Shown here: in pieces, positions 31,793-35,344 of the stretch
Layout of the letters: every line of letters begins with the position of its first letter
Position numbering within the stretch: position 1 is the first letter of the stretch
Virus record (IMG/VR): IMGVR_UViG_3300029549_000021
DNA: 35,344 nt
Source: a virus
Direction: 5' to 3' (one strand)
The notes under the pieces: model-generated
What the model saw: only the letters and a program-made list of their open reading frames with translations
Databases searched by the model: none
Told to the model about the DNA's origin: nothing
Position numbers and translations under genes: made by a program

Positions 31793-31813
31793 ACCAAAGG
31801 AAGTGTAACACAA

Positions 31814-32494
31814 ATGGCAAAGACAGCAATTCTGGTTGATGGCGGCTTTTACCGCAAACGTGCAGCCCACTTGTGGGGCAAAAAGACCGCCGAGGAACGT
31901 GCGAAGGAACTGAATGCTTACTGTATGGCTCACCTTCACGATAAGGACGGCAACGAGGAGCGTCAGCTGTACCGCATTTTCTATTACGATTGTGAGCCAG
32001 TAGGCCGCCGCAGCGTGTACCACCCGCTGACAAAGAAGAATGTGGATTTGGACAAATCTGATACTTATACATGGACGCAGACCTTTTTGGAAGAATTGCG
32101 GAAGCGCAGAAAATTTGCACTCCGCCTTGGTACATTGTCCAACCAAATGGCCTACAATCTGCGCCCGGATGTGACCCGCAAGCTTCTTGCTGGCACAAAG
32201 CAGCTGGAAGAGCTGACCGAGGACGATTTCGTTTTTGTGGCTCAGCAAAAGGGCGTGGACATGCGTGTTGGTGTTGATATTGCGTCACTCGCGTATAAGA
32301 AGCAGGTTGATCAGATCATTCTGATTGCCGGTGACAGTGATTTTGTCCCCGCTGCCAAGCTTGCCCGACGGGAGGGCGTGGACTTTATCCTTGACCCGAT
32401 GTGGGCTGATATCAAGCCTGATCTGTTTGAGCATATTGACGGCCTGAAGAGCCAGTGGCGTAAGCGCAGCGAAAAAGCTGAAGCGAAGAAGTAA
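31814..32494 (+). CDS. NYN-domain (LabA/DUF88-like, PIN-fold) ribonuclease
   Basis: Track ORF 31721..32494 trimmed to the ATG at 31814 (AAGGAAG SD), giving 226 aa. MAKTAILVDGGFYRKR..., ...QQKGVDMRVGVDIASLAY...QIILIAGDSDFVPAAKLARREGV... These are the three acidic NYN motifs (D-G-x-N/F, GVD and GDSDF). Confidence 0.75.
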   Translation: MAKTAILVDGGFYRKRAAHLWGKKTAEERAKELNAYCMAHLHDKDGNEERQLYRIFYYDCEPVGRRSVYHPLTKKNVDLDKSDTYTWTQTFLEELRKRRKFALRLGTLSNQMAYNLRPDVTRKLLAGTKQLEELTEDDFVFVAQQKGVDMRVGVDIASLAYKKQVDQIILIAGDSDFVPAAKLARREGVDFILDPMWADIKPDLFEHIDGLKSQWRKRSEKAEAKK

Positions 32495-32502
32495 GGCCAA
32501 AC

Positions 32503-32523
32503 AATGTGCAAATTTTGCACATT
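32503..32523. repeat. Perfect palindrome AATGTGCAAA t TTTGCACATT
   Basis: Arms are 10 bp. It lies 9 nt after the NYN stop and contains ATTTTGCA. Confidence 0.6.
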
Positions 32524-32533
32524 GCTTCCAGCC

Positions 32534-32550
32534 GTTGCAAAATCTGCAAC
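32534..32550. repeat. Inverted repeat GTTGCA aaatc TGCAAC (contains TGCAAAAT)
   Basis: It shares the 13-mer TGCAAAATCTGCA with the ori-like region (18236..18248). Confidence 0.5.
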
Positions 32551-32556
32551 AGCTCA

Positions 32557-32599
32557 ATAAAAACAAAAAACGCCCCCGGTGCTACCAACACCGAGAGCG
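32557..32599 (-). terminator. Intrinsic terminator oriented for the minus strand (antisense to int), possibly weakly bidirectional
   Basis: Minus strand: AAACGCtctCGGTG ttggtag CACCGggggGCGTTTTTTGTTTTTATT. On the plus strand only TTTG follows the stem. Confidence 0.4.
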
Positions 32600-32707
32600 T
32601 TTGCAGAGTGGCTTGCCCCAGAGGGTACAATCCAACATGAACACTTGTATTGTACCACCTCCGGGCAGGCTTGTCAAAGTGTACCCTTGTGTATGGAGGT
32701 GGATTTT

Positions 32708-33844
32708 ATGAAAAAGAGAACGAACACGGCATTTTGGGTAGAAAAGGAAAAACGCTGGTGCATCGCGGTGCAGAAGAACGGCACCCGCAAGCGCTTTTAC
32801 AGCAGCACGCCGGGCCGATCAGGACAACGGGAAGCAAACGCAAAAGCGGATGCATGGCTTGATGATAGCATCCGGGACGGCAAGAAGAAAGTAGCTGCCC
32901 TCTATGCCCAGTGGGTAGAAGAACTGAAGCTCACCTGCGGCACATCCTATGTTGAGCAGTGCAAAAAATACGGAGATTACTATATTCTGCCTGTCTGTGG
33001 GGACATCCGTATTGACGAGCTGACCGAAGGCGATCTGCAAAAGGCCATCAATATGTCTTTCAAAAAGCGATGCCTTAAAAAGGAGCGTCAGCGTAGGTCA
33101 AGCGACAAGCCTTTGAGCCGCAAGACCATTATGACGATCCGCTCAACGGAGATCAGCTTTTTGAAATGGTGCCGCCGGAACAGGTACAGTACGATGTTCC
33201 CTGAGCTGTCTATCCCGAAGAATGCCCGCATGGGGAAGAAAAAGATTTTACAGCCGACCGCTTTGAAAGTTCTGTTTGATGTGGACACCCGCCTTTACTA
33301 TGGCAAGCTGGTCTTTGACGAGTATATCTATGCCTACCGGTTTGCAGTTGCTACAGGTGTACGCCCCGGTGAACTTGTGGGGCTCTGGTATGGTGACGTC
33401 AAAGGGAACACGGTCAATCTGCGCCGCAGCATCAACAGGTTGGATGAGGAAACCACCGGCAAGAACGAAAACGCCATTCGCTCATTTGACATGGGCGAGG
33501 AAGCCCGTGAGGCCTACGAAGCGCAGGTGGCCTTGCTGAAGGCTTCCGGTATCCCGCTGAACTATACCACCCCTTTGTTCCAGATCCCGAACCAGAGAGC
33601 TTTATTCAAGCGCTGGAAGAAGTACCAGCGTGACAATGGCATTGAGCCTCAGGTCACGCTGTATGAGATGCGGCACACTTTCGTCAGCATTGAATCCGGC
33701 GTATTGACCGACAGCCAGCTGAAGATGCTGGTCGGTCACAGCAAGAACATGGACACTGCCGGAGTGTATCGGCACGAGCTTGACGGTCAGAGGGAAGATC
33801 TTGCTGCCGCTACCACCGCGGCATTCAGGAAGGCTCAAGGGTGA
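32708..33844 (+). CDS. int: Tyrosine integrase (phage integrase family with an N-terminal arm-binding domain)
   Basis: Trimmed to the ATG at 32708 (GGAGGTG 7 nt upstream), giving 378 aa. The N-terminus is MKKRTNTAFWVEKEKRWCIAVQKNGTRKRFYSS... The catalytic region is ...ATGVRPGEL...YEMRHTFVS...LVGHSKNMDTAGVYRH (R, H-x-x-R, H, Y). Confidence 0.9.
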   Translation: MKKRTNTAFWVEKEKRWCIAVQKNGTRKRFYSSTPGRSGQREANAKADAWLDDSIRDGKKKVAALYAQWVEELKLTCGTSYVEQCKKYGDYYILPVCGDIRIDELTEGDLQKAINMSFKKRCLKKERQRRSSDKPLSRKTIMTIRSTEISFLKWCRRNRYSTMFPELSIPKNARMGKKKILQPTALKVLFDVDTRLYYGKLVFDEYIYAYRFAVATGVRPGELVGLWYGDVKGNTVNLRRSINRLDEETTGKNENAIRSFDMGEEAREAYEAQVALLKASGIPLNYTTPLFQIPNQRALFKRWKKYQRDNGIEPQVTLYEMRHTFVSIESGVLTDSQLKMLVGHSKNMDTAGVYRHELDGQREDLAAATTAAFRKAQG

Positions 33845-33848
33845 TTCT

Positions 33849-33872
33849 GGTAACAGTTTTGGTAACACTATT
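33849..33872 (+). repeat. Arm-type direct repeat, copy 1: GGTAACAGTTTTGGTAACACTATT (candidate integrase arm site, P arm)
   Basis: 22 of 24 nt are identical to 34058..34081. Each copy holds two GGTAAC hexamers 11-12 nt apart. Confidence 0.55.
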
Positions 33873-33983
33873 TTTTGTACCCTAGCACAAGTGGATATTT
33901 TGCAAGCCGCACAACAAGCGCAAATGCAAAGTGATAGAGCCATAACGCCTCCTATTTTTGACGTAGCAATATCAAATTTAATT

Positions 33984-34007
33984 GTTCGACTCCCATCGCC
34001 TCCACCA
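33984..34007 (+). other. attP core candidate: 3' end of a tRNA-like gene (T-loop, T-stem 3' strand, acceptor 3' strand, ACCA)
   Basis: G TTCGACT CCCAT CGCCTCC A CCA. The implied acceptor is GGGGGCG/CGCCUCC with G3:U70 and discriminator A, which is alanine identity (tmRNA/ssrA or tRNA-Ala). The 5' T-stem partner is absent (AATTG instead of ATGGG), so this is a fragment rather than a gene. Confidence 0.6.
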
Positions 34008-34009
34008 TG

Positions 34010-34052
34010 AAAAAAGAACGCCATTTCGTTAGGAATTGGCGTTCTTTTCTTT
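34010..34052. terminator. Bidirectional intrinsic terminator next to the attP core
   Basis: aaaaAAGAACGCCA tttcgttaggaat TGGCGTTCTTttcttt has an A-run on the left and a T-run on the right. It would end the Spo0A_C-like gene (minus strand) and, after integration, the reconstituted tRNA/tmRNA (plus strand). Confidence 0.65.
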
Positions 34053-34057
34053 ATCAT

Positions 34058-34081
34058 GGTAACGTTTTTGGTAACACTATT
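34058..34081 (+). repeat. Arm-type direct repeat, copy 2: GGTAACGTTTTTGGTAACACTATT (P' arm)
   Basis: See copy 1. The two copies flank the core, at about 110 nt on the left and about 50 nt on the right. Confidence 0.55.
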
Positions 34082-34087
34082 AAGTTT

Positions 34088-34429
34088 TCAGGCTGCTCTC
34101 ACCAGCGCATTATACAGCATTTCAATGAACTGTACCGCGCTTGGGCATCCGGTCAGCGGATAGCCTGCCAGCTGCTGCACATACTCCGGGTTTGTGAGCC
34201 ATGCACCTTTAGCTGCCCGGCGGACAGCGCTTTGAATCGCTTTTGGCTCACATCTTCTGCGGTCGGCGATAGGGGTATAGATATCTTTCTCCACGGCCTG
34301 CAGGCGGTCTTCCTGCTCACAGACCAGCTCAAGACACTGGCACAGGATACTGTAGGCGCTCAGGTTACGTGTAATGCCCATCGGGCGCAGCAGATCATTG
34401 ACTTGAGTGGACAATTCGGAAACGATCAT
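34088..34429 (-). CDS. Stand-alone Spo0A C-terminal (DNA-binding effector) domain-like protein
   Basis: Track ORF 34088..34456 begins with TTG; I prefer the ATG at 34429, giving 113 aa. ...LRPMGITRNLSAYSILCQCLELVCEQEDRLQAVEKDIYTPIADRRRCEPKAIQSAVRRAAKGAW...CPSAVQFIEMLYNAL parallels the Spo0A_C pattern (GVP..IKGY.YLR.AI......P.....VTK.LYP.IA......T.S.VERAIRHAIE.AW....PTN.EFI). Confidence 0.7.
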   Translation of the reverse strand: MIVSELSTQVNDLLRPMGITRNLSAYSILCQCLELVCEQEDRLQAVEKDIYTPIADRRRCEPKAIQSAVRRAAKGAWLTNPEYVQQLAGYPLTGCPSAVQFIEMLYNALVRAA

Positions 34430-34489
34430 AGTTGACACATCCTTTCTTTGCGTCAACTCTAACCGAAAAACACTTGAAATTTGTTAATT

Positions 34490-34518
34490 GCGTCGATATG
34501 CGTCGTAAAGCGTCGAAA
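34490..34518. promoter_or_regulatory. Three phased 0A-box-like direct repeats: GCGTCGATA / GCGTCGTAA / GCGTCGAAA (exact 10-bp period)
   Basis: The repeats start at 34490, 34500 and 34510, about 60-90 nt upstream of the Spo0A_C-like start. A fourth, degenerate copy (GCGTCAACT) is at 34450. The core GTCGAA compares with the 0A box TGNCGAA. Confidence 0.5.
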
Positions 34519-34523
34519 CACGC

Positions 34524-34567
34524 CAAACAAAAACAGCCCCGAGGAACCGTCAGGCTCCCCGGGGCTG
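34524..34567 (-). terminator. Intrinsic terminator ending the late/lysis operon (minus strand)
   Basis: Minus strand: CAGCCCCG gGGAgcctgacggtTCCt CGGGGCTG TTTTTGTTTGG. It lies about 35 nt after the holin stop. Confidence 0.7.
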
Positions 34568-34599
34568 CTGCTATGTATGGCTATTTTGGGCAGGGCGGC

Positions 34600-34866
34600 T
34601 TACTTTCCCTGTGCCTTCAGCTTGTTGTAGGTCTGGTCTGCCTGAAGGGCTGCGGTGGTGAAGGAGTTGTTCTTCCACCATGCCACCAGCGCGGCCACGG
34701 TGGTGATGCCAGCGGTAACCAGCTGCTCCACGGTCTGGCTCTCGATGGGCAGCACGGGCTTGCCCAGTGCAGACAGCACCTGATTGGTCAGGGCCAGCAG
34801 CAGGCAGGCGGTGCGGGCAATGGTGCCTGCGGAGATGGTGGGTGCGTTGTAGGTGTGTTCGTTCAT
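34600..34866 (-). CDS. Holin (phi LC3 / Phage_holin_1-like)
   Basis: 88 aa with two hydrophobic segments (IARTACLLLALTNQVLSAL and LVTAGITTVAALVAWW). The motif WWKNNSFTTAALQAD is typical of this holin family as I remember it. Confidence 0.7.
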   Translation of the reverse strand: MNEHTYNAPTISAGTIARTACLLLALTNQVLSALGKPVLPIESQTVEQLVTAGITTVAALVAWWKNNSFTTAALQADQTYNKLKAQGK

Positions 34867-34868
34867 AG

Positions 34869-35120
34869 TTAGGTCCTTTCTCTTTCGTGTTCGTCTGCTT
34901 CTAAATCAGCGATGCGGTGGTTGGCCACCCTCATCTGCTCTTCCAAAATGGGGATGCGGCGGGCAAAATTGTTGTGCTCCCGCACCTCGCGGGTCAGCTC
35001 CTCCAGCTTCGTTTCGGTCACGGCCTGCTGCTTGTCCAGCTTTGCATCCATGCTCTGGGCGGTGCGGTTGTTGGAGTAAATGACCCCCAGCAGGCTCAGC
35101 CCGCCGGTGATCAGCGCCAC
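34869..35120 (-). CDS. Lysis-cassette membrane-anchored coiled-coil protein (BhlA/UviB-like holin-like?)
   Basis: 83 aa from the GTG at 35120. It has a short N-terminal hydrophobic segment (ALITGGLSLLGVIY) and then a charged coiled coil. It lies between the endolysin and the holin. The start codon is uncertain (see rejected list). Confidence 0.45.
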   Translation of the reverse strand: MALITGGLSLLGVIYSNNRTAQSMDAKLDKQQAVTETKLEELTREVREHNNFARRIPILEEQMRVANHRIADLEADEHERERT

Positions 35121-35148
35121 GAGAATGCTCTCAATCGGTCACACCCCC

Positions 35149-35344
35149 TCACAGTGTCCACCGGCTTTTGTTCGGGCGGGTGTCTACATGCACCCAGCCC
35201 TTGCCCCGGCCTGCCTTGACCGGGTAGCGGCCAATGCCGCCCCAGCCTGGCATCAGGCTTTCGGCGTAGGCGGCCACAGCCAGCGGGTCGGTGTCCTGCA
35301 CCTGAATGTCAGCGGCCCGGCCCAGTAGGTGCTGGCTAGATTTA
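35149..35344 (-). CDS. Endolysin, peptidase M15 family, 3' portion (continuation of 1..326 across the junction)
   Basis: Minus-strand translation gives ...GWGGIGRYPVKAGRGKGWVHVDTRPNKSRWTL, with stop TGA at 35149..35151. The VHVD motif supplies the third zinc ligand of the M15 fold. Confidence 0.85.
   Translation of the reverse strand, partial: KSSQHLLGRAADIQVQDTDPLAVAAYAESLMPGWGGIGRYPVKAGRGKGWVHVDTRPNKSRWTL
35237..35344. repeat. Terminal direct repeat, copy B (identical to 1..108)
   Basis: Same comparison as copy A. The repeat starts at ccgc at 35237 and runs to the window end. Confidence 0.95.

Noticed and set aside
31721-31813. Upstream ATG (31721) for the NYN gene, and a possible 6-codon leader peptide (ATG ATG TTT CAA AAT GCT TAA at 31708..31728).
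   Set aside because: - The 31721 start would translate through the terminator stem and has no SD, whereas NYN domains begin at the ...ILVDGGF strand encoded right after 31814.
- The mini-ORF has no SD and lies inside a hairpin. It is recorded only as a possibility for attenuation models.
32579-32707. The longer integrase ORF starting at 32579 (track).
   Set aside because: - There is no SD at 32579 and the extension covers hairpin and terminator sequences.
- The ATG at 32708 has GGAGGTG 7 nt upstream, and the conserved arm-binding N-terminus starts there.
35118-35148. - A non-canonical ATT start for the BhlA-like gene.
- GGGGGTG lies 6 nt upstream of an in-frame ATT at 35139.
- This start would lengthen the N-terminal hydrophobic helix to IESILVALITGGLSLLGVIY.
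   Set aside because: ATT initiation is rare and cannot be supported from sequence alone. I annotated the GTG at 35120 and flagged the start as uncertain.
1-35344. A search for CRISPR arrays, IS elements or transposase genes, a reverse transcriptase (retron or DGR), rRNA genes and methyltransferase or restriction genes.
   Set aside because: - No regularly spaced repeat-spacer array was seen.
- No transposase, RT or methyltransferase signature appeared in any credible ORF.
- The only long repeat is the 108-bp terminal overlap, which is explained by circular closure rather than by a mobile element.

Overview
The window is a complete temperate siphovirus-type phage genome, assembled as a closed circle. 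The first 108 nt are identical to the last 108 nt, leaving 35,236 unique bp, and an M15 endolysin gene is only whole when read across that junction. The backbone is GC-rich and has Clostridia/Firmicutes-type gene content (Spo0A_C-like, XkdX-like and BhlA-like proteins, HNH-linked terminase). Host assignment is inference only.

Nearly all core genes are on the minus strand, and they run with descending coordinates in this order:
- Cro-like switch gene (30800), then early genes (Rha, HTH protein, small proteins).
- Replication and recombination module: SMC-like ATPase, AAA_24-like ATPase, DUF669-like protein, SF2 helicase, primase-helicase, an ori-like repeat region and RusA.
- Late regulator, followed by a promoter and three tandem intrinsic terminators.
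- Packaging and head genes: HNH, TerS, TerL, portal, a MuF-HExxH fusion, a small ORF, tRNA-Trp, scaffold and capsid.
- Connector genes, major tail protein, G/GT chaperones with a -1 frameshift, tape measure, Dit, Tal and tail fiber.
- XkdX-like protein, then endolysin (across the junction), a BhlA-like protein, holin and a terminator.

The plus strand carries only the lysogeny set, and most of these genes have their own sigma70-like promoter:
- An Abi_alpha/DUF4393-like gene.
- A membrane-anchored Sie-like gene.
- A 72-aa gene.
- A cI/S24 repressor.
- A NYN-domain nuclease behind a consensus promoter, a structured leader and a terminator.
- A tyrosine integrase, followed by an attP that contains the 3' end of an alanine-identity tRNA or tmRNA.

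The most interesting candidates are:
- The promoter / structured RNA / terminator / NYN nuclease module between cI and int.
- The low-GC, lysogeny-oriented Abi_alpha plus TM-protein island that interrupts the early operon.
- A stand-alone Spo0A C-terminal-domain gene preceded by three phased 0A-box-like repeats.
- A late operon leader that looks antitermination-controlled.
- A MuF-metallopeptidase fusion with a coupled small ORF (polymorphic toxin/immunity-like).
- A recurrent ATTTTGCA/TGCAAAAT palindromic motif confined to four intergenic control regions.

All family names are recognised by eye from the translations and have not been checked by any search.
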